Source: Gnetum montanum (lineage: Eukaryota > Plantae > Gnetophyta). Taken from it: a stretch of 64,000 nucleotides of DNA. The notes under the pieces are model-generated. The model saw nothing but the letters and a program-made list of their open reading frames with translations. It did not search any database and was not told where the DNA came from. The position numbers and the translations under genes are program-made. Each line of letters starts with the position of its first letter. Positions within the stretch are counted from its first letter, which is position 1. This document shows positions 1 to 13,329 of this stretch, piece after piece. Location: positions 5,854 to 69,853 of the forward strand of contig MNCI01002748.1 in NCBI GenBank assembly GCA_015680685.1. The letters are read 5' to 3'.

Positions 1-271
1 TTAGACTTAGATCTTAGTTAGAGTTAGTTTAGTTTTCTCAACCCTTCTCCTGGTAGCATAGAAGATAAGCCAAAAATACCAAAAAAATCACATACCTCAG
101 ACTTGCTTAACCATACACCGTGACACTTACAAGCAAGCCTGGGAAGACAACGAACGATTAACCCCAAGTGTTTCTTGTGGCGTTAAGGCATTTAGTCTGC
201 GGAGTTCGACCGGATTGCGCGTGTACGCTCGTTTCGTATGGTGGAGTGTAGGGGTACCTCGCCACTCATCA
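1..271 (+). mobile_element. 3' part of an Athila-type LTR (3' LTR or solo LTR), truncated by the window start
   Basis: Ends ...GGGGTACCTCGCCACTCATCA (271), the reverse complement of the TGATGAGTGGCAAGGTACCCCTAC start of the LTRs at 7204/19564/29180/41583. No PBS follows, so it is not a 5' LTR. Confidence 0.85.
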
Positions 272-2807
272 ATCCTTTATCCTCCATGACTCATGAGGTT
301 GGAACTCTCCTTGATTAGTAGCATACACCATCTTGAACTTTGAAGATCTCTTGGTCTCTTTGATGAAGCCCTTGGTTCCCTTTCTTGAAACTTTGACTGT
401 TGAGAACTCCCTTGCCCAATAAGAGATGCTTGAGAACTCATTTTCTCATTAATCTCTACTTCATCAGACCTTACATCTTCTTCCTCATTTTCTTGATTAA
501 CATTTATATTTTCCTAGAAAAATGCAAGAATTAATTTATGTTACATCTTAAATCACAAGAGGTCCATCTTCATTGGAGGACTCTTCCTTTTCTAAGATTT
601 GGAGTTCCTTTCTCTTGGAAACCTTTGGCTTATTTACACTTTTATTTTTTGTGTTCCTTTTCACCATAATTGAAGCATTGAAGGTTGTATGCATAGCCAT
701 TTCCTTGATCCTTTCCATTCTTGGAGTAGTCTTTCTTGGAATCTTGGCACTCTTTGAACTTCTCTTACTTCTCATTATAGTATTCCTTAACATTTTCATT
801 CTCCTTAGCTCCTTTCTCACTTTAAAAGCTTTGGAGTTCATGCCCTTAGAGGATTTAGGACCTTTAGTATACCATTGAAGTTTCTTTTTAGCCTTTAGAG
901 CTAATTCAAAAGCCTCATCCAATGTTTGGGGCTCATAAAAGGTTCACTCTTGTTGATACTCCCTTTTAATTCCTCCTTGAAAGTTATATTATTATTCATA
1001 ATCATCCTAATGAACTTGTGCAAGCTGGAAAGCCTTACAAAAATCCATGTAGTAGTCCTTCACACTCTTATCACATTACCTTAGGTACTTCAATTTTTGA
1101 ATGGCCACTTGTCTATGATGGATCTTCTCAAATTTTTACTTGAGCATGAACTACATTAAAGACCAATCCTTGATAGGAATACCATTTTTCATCTTATAAG
1201 ATTGACTTTCCTTCATCAAATATACAAGTGTTATGCCTTTCAATTTGGTTGCAGTAAAAGACACCTTTTGATGATTTTCCACATCTTCAAGTTCAAAATA
1301 CCTGTTAATCATTTTCAACCAAGAGACGAAAGATTCAATTACTTCCATGTCATTGAAGAATTTGACCTCAACATGAGACATCCTTGAAGCATGTCTAAAA
1401 GCTTTTGCAAGAGTGACTTTAATTCCTTTACCTTGCTTTCTTTGAGGCTTAGAAGGAAGTTTCTTTTTCCTTTTCCTAAGAAAAATGAAACCTTAAGTCT
1501 TATTTTCAGCACTACGAACATGAAAAAAACATCATCTTAAGCTTCTCCTTCTCGAAAGTAGTCATCTTCAAAAGGAATATCACCTTCAAGGAATAGCATT
1601 GAGGAATGTCTTGAAGAAGATCTTGGTGAACAATTGCATGAATTGTACCATTGCTTGGATGCTTTTGGTGAAGTAGCAGGTTTTTTGTTCAATCTAAGCT
1701 TTTCAAGTTTCTCAACAATGAGCTTGAGAGCATTTCTCATGTCATCCATGCCTCTTAACAAAGCTTGAACTATCTTCTTCTTTGGACACATGATGAAAAG
1801 TAATGTAAAAGGAAATTTTCACAAAATTCTAAGGAAAGGTAAAATTTTTAAGATTTAACAAGGAAAAATACAAGAAATTCTTAGATCTTAAGAGAAATAA
1901 GCACAAGATCTTCAAACCCAAGCTCGTACAAGCTAATGGATGTCCAATTCCACAATTATGTTCCAATTCTTGAAAGATATGACAAACTTAGGGATAAAAG
2001 GGAAATTTTCAAACCCTAGGATGAGTAGAACAAGTATCAAGAGATAATTCACCCAAGCTTCATAATTTTGAGTGATTCTTTGTAATTGAGATGAGAATTA
2101 TTCACTTGAATGCATTGTCTTCAATTTCAAGTTGCTCTGATACCAATCTGACAAGGAGCTCCCATTGATTCTACAATCTAAGCTCTCTCAATGTCACAAA
2201 AACAACAAATTTGAACAAAAAAAGAACATGAAATCTTTATTCTTACTCAAATGAAGAAATCACAGCTAAAAGAAAGCACAAATTCCCAAGGACAGATAAG
2301 AGATTCAATCAAAATCTCACACATACACTCAATCTAAAAAAACACACACTCATATGGTTGATGATCAAGGCACCTAGCCAAGACTCTATGTTTCCTTACT
2401 CTTCTCTTAACTCACCTCTCTCTTTCTCTCTTTTTCTCTTGACCAAATTAAAGGTCTAAGAGATCTATTTATATCCTTTCCTCCATTTCATCTTTCCTTC
2501 ACTTTACCATTCAATTTGATGTCCTTTACAATCCATATTAGATGTCTAAAGGAAATAGTATATGTCTATCCCAAGTTCAAAGATGTTAGAATAGACGTCT
2601 ATAAATCAAGTTGGATATCTATTATGCAACATAGACATCTAACTATTAGGGTAGATGTCTATCCTACTAGGGAAAAAATTAAAGATGCTCATTTTTAGGT
2701 TTGGAACGTCTGGACACCTTCAAAAAGGTTCCAATAGCCTTCAAAACCTTCTAAACTCATCAAAATAGTACCAAAACATGCCAAAACTCGAGGGAAAGAT
2801 CCCATCA
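272..2807 (-). mobile_element. 5' part of a decayed Ty3/Gypsy chromovirus (CRM-like): LTR, tRNA-iMet PBS and gag remnant, interrupted at 271 by the Athila LTR
   Basis: PBS TGGTATCAGAGC on the minus strand (2134-2145). Putative LTR 2149-2807 reads TGATG...TGTCA on minus, with TATAAATAG near 2465-2473. Gag-like remnant SWLKMINRYFELEDVENHQKVSFTATKLKG (1151-1381) has stops and frameshifts. Confidence 0.7.
2149..2807 (-). repeat. putative 5' LTR of the CRM-like element
   Basis: TG...CA termini next to the PBS, TATA box and CT-rich tract. The partner LTR is not in the window, so the 2807 boundary is inferred. Confidence 0.5.
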
Positions 2808-4589
2808 ATGGAGAGACATTACATTGCCCTATTTGATGTCCACATCATTTTTACAGCTTGAGAATACATAATATTCAGATATCTCTTTGAATCTATCATT
2901 TAGGCTCTAGTGTACAAGTACATAGGGTGTGTTCTACAAATTAACTTACACTTCTGGCTCGATTGATCTACTCTCACATATTGGCTACAATAGGTTCACC
3001 GTGCTTCCAATGATCTACTTGTGGACAAAGATCTCTACTTGCTAAAAAGATCCACCTACCCAAAAAAAGGTTCTCAAAACAATGTCAATTTTCACTTAAA
3101 TAGGTCCCAATTTGTTGTTTCTCCATTGATTAGGCACTAATGATATTCTTGGATGCCTACACAACATTTTTAACACCTTTCATAGTCCAAAACTACAGCA
3201 TTTTTCACTACATCATTTTTGAGATTTTGCACTGGGAATGCTAACATTTTTGACATTATGGACATTAATTATACTATTTTAGAAAAATTCATGACATTTT
3301 TCATGTTTCATATCATGAATTACACTTACAAAGTTAGAACCCTCTAGAATTTTGGCAAAACAGGACTACAAGATTGATTTTTAGGAGGGAATTCAAGGCA
3401 TTTATTTTTGGTTTTAAATCTTATTAAAATTACATCATAAAATTTTGTTACAATGCTTCCATGTTCACAGCTGAGTTTTCTTTGAGGTGTTTCATTGGCT
3501 CATCTTTATTAATGTTTTGAGGATCGACCCAAAAGACATCAACAAAGAATATGAAACACCACCACAAGTTTGTCACTAATGCTTCTCTCTTCACCTTTGA
3601 TTCTGTAGCTATCAAATCATGCCAAGGAGTGCTCACAATGGTGAAGTCAGGTTAACATGTAATGGTAACAATTTGGAATGGTAAGGTATTGGCTATATTG
3701 ACTATGTGAAAATGGTTAAATAGACTAACAAAGAATTCCAAATGTGTTGACATCATGGTCATGACGTAGTGAAGTACTTATTGACTGATGAGGACTTCAA
3801 ACTTCTTGCCTGAACTACTAGCTACTGATGATGTTTAGAGCAACAAATGCTTTTTTATAAGCTTCTTTAATGACTTGGCTCATTCATTTCATTTTTTCCA
3901 AAGCCATTGGTTACTTTTCTTTGGATAGGTTTGGCCTCTTGGCATTTTTGAATTTTCTCCCTTTTTTTATTAGAGTGAAGCCTTCCTTAGGTTTCAATTC
4001 CAAAGCTGAATTTTTGTTATCTAAATTAATGGTGTGTGTAGATTCAATGAACTTGATTGATAAAGCATGTTCTAGAAGACGTCACTTGACCATCATGCAT
4101 GAATGTCAAACAAAGCTTTTTACCATTAGCAAGGTAAGGCATGAAATGATTACATGGTTATGGCTATGAAGGGGTGGTGGAAATGATATGAGGCAAGCAC
4201 TGTTAAGATGGTCAAACAAACTAATCGAATCTCATGCATCAAGATTACATGGTAACTAATTACTGCGATGACTCACACCTTTGTGATGATTCCAAGCTCA
4301 TTCTACAAATACAACTTGGAGAGAACAAGAAGATAGATAAAATAATACATGAGGATTACAAGAGACAACATAAAACAATAAGCAAACATTGGTCACTATG
4401 AGATACCATAGATAGAACTTGAGAACATGATATCTTGCTTTGTAGATTTGTACAAAACTTGTAGTAATTTTTACCAAAAGGGCTCATGTAGGCTCACTTG
4501 TCAAAGGTTATAAGGTCTATCAATGTCATGAATCCATTTGGATCTGTAGACAAAAACAAACAAAGACTAAAAGCAAACTAGTCAATGAT

Positions 4590-7203
4590 AGATATAATAA
4601 GGTTTATGATAGGAATGATTAACTAGATTTACCAATTCATTCTCATTCATGTTTGCCAATCTAACAGTTGCATTACCATAGGCTTTGATAACAAAGAAAG
4701 ATCCTTCCCAGTTGGTTGAAATTTATCAACATGTTCATGCACAGCCTTGAGGAAAAGGTCTCCTTCCTTGACTTTCCATCAATTTGGTTCATGATGGTGA
4801 TGTTTTTTTTTTTGCTTCTCTTGATACCATTCAATGTAAGCAAGTGTTTACATTTTTACTCTTCTACTAAATCCAAGTCAATGGTACATTGCTCATCGTT
4901 GATGTAGTCAAATAGAGCTATCTTCAAAGATGAAACCAATAATTCAAGAGGCAAATTAGCTTCATATCCATAAATAAGGCTATATAGGATTGTACAGGTT
5001 GTAATTCTGAATGTTGTTCTATAGGCCCATACTGCGTACAATAGTCGTTTATGCCATCTATGCTTCTTGTTCTCTTACATTTTCTTTACGAGCTTGATGA
5101 TAATCTAGTTACCAACTTTAGCTTGGCCATTTGCTTATAGATAATAAGGCAAGAAAATGGAATGCTTAATGTGTAAGTGTTAACAAAAGGCTTGCATTTT
5201 GTTATTGTTTAACTATGGTCCATTATCAGTGAGAATAACTAGAGGTAGGCCAAAATAGGATACTATGTTATCTAGGATAAATTTACATACTTTTTCTAAG
5301 GGTATTTTTCTTAAAGAAATAGCTTTAATCCACTTTGTAAAATATTTGGTTGTAGTGATGATAAAGCTATGTCCTATAGAGGATTTTGAAGTTATCTATC
5401 CAATTATGTCAATTTCCCATCATGGGAATAGCCACATAATTTAGGTAGTCTATAACTCTATTAGTGGCATGTGTATTAAGTTGTTGTGTCATTGACAAGT
5501 ATCATAAGTTTTTACCTTTTGCATGTAGTTGTTTTTCATATAAGGCTAGTAGTATCCTAGGTGTCTAATCTTAGTAGTCGTGGATCTAGGTCCTATATGT
5601 CCTTCACATATGCCATCGTGTACCTATTGTAGTATCATATGGGCTTTTCCTTTACTCAAGCATACTAACAATGAGCCATCGTAGGTCCTTTGACATAATG
5701 AGTTATTGGCCACAATTACATACTATTTTGATCATTTACATATAGCATCCTTTTAAGAAGTAATTAGATTTTGTGGAGGTTCACCATGCATGAGGTAAAA
5801 CTTGATATCATTATACCATTCATGTTGAGACATGTTACATATGGTTACTATGCAATTACACTTAATGTTCTATGTGACGCAATGAGCATAATTTTCCATC
5901 ATGGAAGGTAACTTGATGAACACATCAAGCATCACACTTATCGCTAGTGTGGCAATGGCATCAGCTACTATATTTTCAAGGGGGGAAATATGTTGAATGT
6001 TAATATCTATAAACTATTGTGTGTTGGCTAAGTCATAGTATGGTTGTAAGTGTTTTGCCTCACAAGTGTACACCTCGGTTGCCTAGTTAACCATCAATTG
6101 AGAGTCATCTTTTACAATCAAGCATGTAAATCCATAGTCATGATGTATCATGAATCCTTTGATTAACCCTTCATATTCTACCACATTATTAGTGCATGAG
6201 AACATAAAACAATAGGTAAAAGGTTAGATTTCACCAAAAGGAAATGTGATGACGATAGCTACTCTAGCTCCATGTGTAGCGGAACCTCCATCAAAGTTCA
6301 TAATGGTCTCATAACCTTTAGGTACATTATTAATTATGTTAAAATGCTCATTAGGAAACTCAGGATTTATGGTCGTGTTATCTTCAACTAGAGAAGTAGT
6401 AACTTATGTAGCTATAGCTTGACCTTTTGGGTCACATAAGATAGGTCAAACTCAGCTATTATGGCCTTCCATCAAGCTATTTAACTACTCTCATAAATAT
6501 TGGATGTAATTACTCTTAACACATTGTCTTTACAAACAATATTGACTTGACTCCTAAAGAGATAATGCCTCCACTTATTTAAGCAGAAGACTAAGGTTAG
6601 GTAATACTTTTTGACTTTAGTGTATCAAGTCTCATAGACTATTCATACATCTCTCAAGTAGTAAATAGGTACCTCTAATCCATCATCTCATTTTTGACAA
6701 TGTAAAGAGGATATGGATGTATTAGAGATTGCAAGGTAGATGTAGAATAATTTATCTTTCTAAGATGGATATATAGTTGGCAAATGCGCTAACTCTTGTT
6801 TGATACTATCAAATGCTTCTTAGCACTCATAGTAAACTCCCTTCTTCAACAACTATTTCATGAGCCATATCTTATCTTTAAGCCTTGAGCTAAATCTACA
6901 AATGCATTGCAATCTACCTTATAAACCATGTAGCTTCTTAAGGTTATTAGGTGTCAATATGTTGGTTATGGCCTTAACCTTATCAAGGTTAACACATATT
7001 CCTACTTTAAAGATTATAAGTCCAAGTATTTTCTCAGTTTTAACACCAAAGACACACTTCTTGGGGTTGAGTCAAAGTTCATACTTGAGACAACACTAAA
7101 AGACTAAGTTAAAGTCATGTGCATGATCATTTGCTATCTTAGACTTTACCATGATATTGTCAACATAGTCATTAAGTAAACCTAGCATGTAATCAGTAAA
7201 GAT
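4590..7203 (-). mobile_element. decayed Tat-clade Ty3/Gypsy pol (RT C-terminus, RNase H, additional archaeal-type RNase H, integrase)
   Basis: Minus-strand remnants: DYVDNIMVKS (RT, YVDD-type) near 7150-7170; LNPKKCVFGV; NFDGGS...GARVAIVI and CTNNVVEYEGLIKG (aRH, ~6150-6300); YAVWAYRTTFRITT...YSLIYGYEANLPLE (integrase, 4856-5041). Many stops. Confidence 0.8.
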
Positions 7204-8122
7204 TGATGAGTGGCAAGGTACCCCTACATCCAACCATACGAATCACAAAGCGTTCATGCACAATCTAGTCAAATTCTGTGGACTTTATCATTTCCAGTGC
7301 ACGAGTCCTTTAGGAAATGAATTTAGCCCTAAGGTCAATCGTTTTCTTCCCAATTACACTTGTGACATTCGTTGATATGGTTAAGTGTAACTAAGGCATT
7401 CAATTTTTATCATTTTTATGTCTTGTAGTTGGATGCTCGAATTGTAGATAAGAAGGGATTTGATTAACTAATCTAAATTAACTATTTAACTAATCATTTA
7501 ACTAATCCTAACATAAGTATCCATTCCCACTTTCTATACATCTCCTGAACCCATGTAACCATTGCTGGGCAAGCAAGCACTACGCTACTAGGCATACCAA
7601 GCAATAATGTTGATGGGATTACCAAGCGAATACATGTTACACTCAAAACAATCATACTTATGTGTGTAATCTATCTCGCTTAGTTATCTAATTAATGTAA
7701 TAACTAGAAAATATTTAATAAATGATTAAAAACATTAAATGCATAAATAAAATAGCTAATCTATCCAAAGTTTTGCAAGGTTGATCAGAAAGCAAATCTT
7801 TATTACTGCACACACTATTGTGCTTAGGTACAATAATGCTCGAATAAAGATTCATACACTCAATGACTCCTACTGTGAGCACTCAAAGGAAAAATTATAA
7901 CTTTTAAATGAAAAAAATGCAAGACCTTTGTTGTGACTACAATCTACTTATGCCATAAATGTGGTCGCACATGTGTATTTATAGCCAACACATGACACTA
8001 TGTCAATGGGGCAATGTCGATGCATGATATGATGCGTCAACTAAGCCTCATTGATGAGGCCCACACGACAAGGTTGCATTGATGAGGTCTTGTCAATGTA
8101 ACCAATAGAACACAACTCATCA
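7204..8122 (-). repeat. 3' LTR of element A
   Basis: Direct repeat of 19564-20474, roughly 85-90% identical by eye and mostly transitions. Decayed PPT immediately internal. Confidence 0.93.
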
Positions 8123-8279
8123 TACCACCATGACTGAATAAAAACTCATCCTTGAGTTCTTTTACAAAATTGAGAAGGTCTAGGATTATTAACTTTTCTT
8201 CAAATAAAACAAACTGACTAACTTGACAAAAAATGGAGTGTACAAATCCACTTATTACAAAAATGAAGGTGTTCAAGAT

Positions 8280-11176
8280 ACAAAATTAAACACCATGAGT
8301 CAAATCTTCAAAATTGAATAGCATGTTCCTTGATGGTGTCAAGCTGATGGAGAAGATCAAACAATCCCAAGAGGTGGTGGTTCCTGAGGCTCTGAGGGAC
8401 GTTCACTAACTTCACACATGGGTAATTGAGGTGCTTGTGGCTATCCTGTTGCTACCGCAACTTCAGGAAGAAGGCAGAAAGCATCCAACAATGCTTTCAT
8501 TTCTCCTTTTTACTCCTAGGATCATACACCATCCATGTAGCTTCCCTAATGTGGGTTGGAATGGGCACATTGCAAGGACATGGGATTGCTAAAAAAACTC
8601 CTTGGCATTGATAAACAAAGTCGCAAACTATTTGTATTCAATATCAAACACTCTCACTGTGTTCTTCAACTCCTAGCAGTCATTCATCCATTTGGATAGG
8701 TTCTCAGCGATAGATCATTGATCTCTGAGTCATCCTCTAAGAACTTTAAGTTCAGCATTAGTAGTCTCAAGCTTTTGCTTGGTATCATTGTGGTGTTTAA
8801 ACTTAGCCTCATATAGTAGATATGAGCTAGCCACTTGTTTCTCCAATTCTAACCGTAGTTGTTCAGCTATCAACATTACTAGGTTTGCATAACGAAGATT
8901 GGTCAACTTCATGTACTCTGTCATTTCTTCGATTTGTAACTCCTTTAAGTGGATCTCTACTTTGTTGTAGGCATCAATCCCATCAAGGATGGGCTGCCAC
9001 ATCTCTCTTCCTTGCTAAAGTTGTTGGAGGGCTTCATTCATTTTTGCCTTTGCCATCTAGATTTGTTTTTCATTTCTTCCTTTTGCAAATCGACCTGGCC
9101 CCTGTAGTGATTTTTCACTTTCTCAAATTTTAGTGCTTCATTCTTCTAGGTAGCAATCTCGATGGCAAAATTTTGATGCAAGGTGTGTACCTCCTCCATT
9201 GACAAATTATTTTTTGCCATAGCCAATTTCCTCATTTCAGTATTTACCTTGGCAGGTTTCTCCTACTATTAATGAATGAATTCTTACATTTGATCTTTTT
9301 AAGCATCAACATTTCGTAGGTGATGATTTTGTGTGGTCAATGCTTCATTCTTTTGGTGCCTTTGATTTAAGTCCTTTTTGATTAAGTGCATTTTAGCTTC
9401 TACTATGAATTTTTTAAAGATGGTCATCACTACTTCCTCCTCAGCCTTTTGAAATCATTCTTGAAGCTATTTGATAGCTTCATCTCTTGTTACTGCTGGG
9501 CTAAGGATTGTTTGTTCTACAAGTCAGGCACAAAGTTTGGCAACCTTTGTAGCCAAGCATTGATTTTGCTCTTGGGCCATTTCTAGTTGCCCCTCCAAGA
9601 TAATGCATATACCCCTTGCATTTAGTAGGTCTAACTGGGTTGCAATGATGTTCTCTAGAAGATCAAAAATGTCTGGAGTCGGTTGCCCAGTTCCTACTAG
9701 TTTTTCTAGTAACTATTCGTGCTAGGCTACATTCAATTTCCTACTGACCATGCGCATGGATGTCTACATGTCTTGGAGTGTAGATACATCTAGTATAAAT
9801 GTTGCAGGTGTGTTCAATGCTTCTGCTATATGATCAGCCACTACTTCTACCATTGTTTCCTACCCATGGTGCTGCATCATTAAGATAATTATCTCTTCAC
9901 CTTCCTCCAACCTCACCAAGAAAGTGGTAGCATTCCTAGCAATTTTTGGAAATAGATGATGTGTTGCTAGTGACATCATCACCTCTCAAGCATTGGGATT
10001 TGACCTCGAGGGTAGCTACGTTCTTTTGGTAGAGAAAATGGGACCACCCCTCTCCATCTAGTTCTCTATTCAGGCCACCTCATTAAGGTGATTCATCATT
10101 GGCTGGTACACAAATGGATCTACCCCACTCATTCTTGCTTGCTTCTCTTATTCACTCAAGAGCTATTCTTGGATTTTCCACAACCATTCCAGGGTTGCAC
10201 GGGCCTCCAATGTTGTTTCTTGAGTGGGTGGTGGTAGTGGTAGCTCCTCTAATTGAGTCATTGCTGGCATCTTCTCTTTCATGATCTCAAACCATGAAGC
10301 TAAAGGAGTATGCCTAAGTGTATCATTGGGGTAGTGAATGATGCCTACCCTTTTGCAAAGTTTTCTGATGAGGCTTGCAAATAGCAAGGTCTTCCTTCCA
10401 TGTTCATTTTCTTTGAAATGTTTTAGAATCTCCAAATATAATAGTTATGAAAGGTTAATGAGGAACTTCCCGCTTAGAGTGGTGCATACTCGGGTGTAGA
10501 AAGTAGTCACCTTGCTTGGCCTCACCGTTGGATTGAGGTGATAGGTCATAATATTGAAATAAATCCACTCCGCCAGTGTGAGTGCACCATACTCCTTACG
10601 GTCCATCCCATAACAATGCTAGGTCCACTCCTTCTTGGCCTCAAGGTCACCTTGCATGGATAATTCTATTGGTTGTGTTCCAGTGTCAGGCAACCCAAGT
10701 GCTTGCGCAATAGCTTCTGACAAATAGGATACTTGAATGTCCTTAATCTTGACTATAAATCTTGGCCTTCAACTATTCCAGAAGAGGTATGTTTCTCCCA
10801 TGTACCACTTGCCACTAGATGTGATAATGGGTTGTAGTAGTAAGGTTTTCAAAAATGGCCTAAAGCTGATCTCCTAAAGAATGGATCATTGAATTTCTCA
10901 AGACTTGATTATATTAAGGTAGGCTTGAGTCAAAGTGACCTTAAGCCTTGGCACAAGTCTAGGCACTTCTCATCTTTATGATTGTTTGGTCAGCACTTCT
11001 TCTTCCAAAATCTATCAGATAGATTCCACTTTGGGATCCTCTTGAAGAGGTCTCGTTGCATGGGTCGCCTCAGGTAGTTCTTGGCCTTGTTCTTGCTAGC
11101 CCCTACCAGCTCTAGGTTGTTTCTCCAATGGTTGCAAGGTTTCTCCTTCCTATGAACATTTTTGCTTTGCTGCCAT
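8280..11176 (-). pseudogene. decayed ORF2 (env-position accessory ORF) of element A
   Basis: ATG at 11176. Fragments 10163-10435 and 8730-9002 (WQPILDGIDAYNKVEIHLKELQIEEMTEYM) match 32351-32878 and 30740-30958 of element B. The 3' end is approximate. Confidence 0.75.
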
Positions 11177-13329
11177 CTATAATCACAATAAAACCATGGA
11201 TTAGCAATTATTATGTAACCTTAAAACAATTGGGATACCTTATCTCTTAAGGATAGTTACACTTGGCTAAGTTCTGATTATGTCTATTTTAATTAATCAA
11301 ATTATTATTTATTTATGTATTTTTATTAATAAACCATCCCAAAGGTTGTTGGAAGGGTTAATTTGTGAAAAAAATTATGTTTATATGTTGTTAAGGTTAG
11401 TAACCCTTTGAGGGAGTTAGGAAAATTTCCAACAAATTTCATCAATTTTTCATCAAAAACCTTAAGGTTTAGGGCACCCATGATAAAGATCTTACCTCTA
11501 GTAAGTACAAGATTGAAAAAAAAAAGTGATTTGGACAAACAATTGGGAAGTTATGAGCTCTGGAAGGTTTTGGGCTCTAAAAATTTTCAAAAACTCCCCT
11601 TGTGTTATGAGTAAATGGAAAAAAATTACAAAGTGTTTGATAGTATATATAAGGTTTTTGTGATGCAGCAATGAGGCCTAGTTAACTAGGCCTTGTCGAC
11701 TAGGGTGGATGTGTCGATGGGGCCTCAATAATGCAATCATTGACCACCATAGTCAAACTTTGACCTTAGTCAAACTTGCAAAATATGAAGAGTTTTTGAG
11801 TGAAATTGGTGTTAAATAAAAGCTCTAAAGATCAAGATTAGTATGAAAACATGAGAAAAGGTGTTGAAGCTCATAAATTTGGAAAAATGGAGAAAGTTTG
11901 ATTTAGTGGATGAATGAAATGAAAGATTAAGGAGTACTAAGCAATTTATGCAATGAAAAATGCAAAAGATAGGATTGTAGCGATGTCAAAGGTAAGGAAC
12001 TTTAACTAATCAAGCCAAAAGCTATGCAAGTGGGTCCTCCCCATAGTAGGCTCATGGCCTTTTTACCATTGCATAACCTCAACTAAGGACTCCATGGGCC
12101 CCATAGTTGATTTAATGATCATGACAAGTTAAAGACTAACCCAAAAGAATCCACTCAAGAATCCCAACACATCAGACTAAGAAATAGAGCATAACATAGA
12201 ACTTGGTCATGAGGTGAGTTATGGCAGCATGGATGGATGATAGAAAAGGTGGAATGGAGTTTCAAATTGATGTCATAACAAGTCCCTTATGGAATTTGTG
12301 TTTAAAATGATCCAAGAAGTTCCATCCTCAATCCAAACCAAAACCAACCACTTTCAATGACTTCACATCATGACTCTAAGACTAATCCATCCACTTGAAA
12401 CACAAGAATGCTTTTACAAAACAACCACTATTCCACAAAGAGAGAAAAAGAGAAGTATAAAGGTAGAGAGAGAGGGCCTTAGTTAGAGGGGATCATCAAG
12501 CATAAGTGCATGTCATTCAAGTCCCATAACAAATGTGTATAGCCCATTTATCCATCCAAGGGGTGTGCTTTGAATTCCCATCGTTTTTTTATTTTTCTTT
12601 TTTTTATTTTTTTGAAATGGAAACCACACCATGCGATGACTTATTCATGTTGAAGGATGTGCTTTGAATTCCCTTTTTTTTTTTTTTTGATTGGGAACCA
12701 CACCATGCAATGATGTTATTATGACTTCCTTTAGTGGGTGGTGTGGAATGGTAAGAAGTACATGAAAAACACTCAAGCACTCAAGCAAGAAGAACAAGAC
12801 AAAGAATATTGAGTCCCCTTGAAGTCACACCCTTTACAAACCTTTGAATCCTTCCTAATTCTAGAACTACCAAGGTCACTAATTAATTAAAAGTTTCTTT
12901 AATGGAAAGGGACCTCAAATTCCTAAAACAAGGAAAACCATAGAGGTCATTGGATGGGCGGATGATGTGGACTCACTACCTGTTCCATGAAAAATAAACC
13001 ATGTCAAAGTCATCAAACATCAGAATTCAAAAATAGAAACTAGACATTGACAATTACACATTAAGCAAAAACCATCATTAGTAAACAACAACAGCGGTAC
13101 TATGTCCTATGACAATAAAGAAAATTTATTAGCAAAAATGAGAAAATATCATACTTAAACAAAAAAAAAGAAAAATAAAGTAAAATATATAAGAAAGTGT
13201 AAAATAATCAAGAAATTTTAAAGGTACTAAAATGGTGTAAAATTAGAAATATTTGAAAATCAAAAATTTGTAAAATCAAAAACATGAAAAAAAAAGGTAG
13301 AAAAACTGAGAGGCCATGGTAATGGTTAG

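Noticed and set aside
573-878. Very hydrophobic 101-aa ORF resembling a membrane protein
   Set aside because: It is the antisense reading of the Lys/Arg/Ser-rich gag tail on the minus strand (548-922), a composition artefact.
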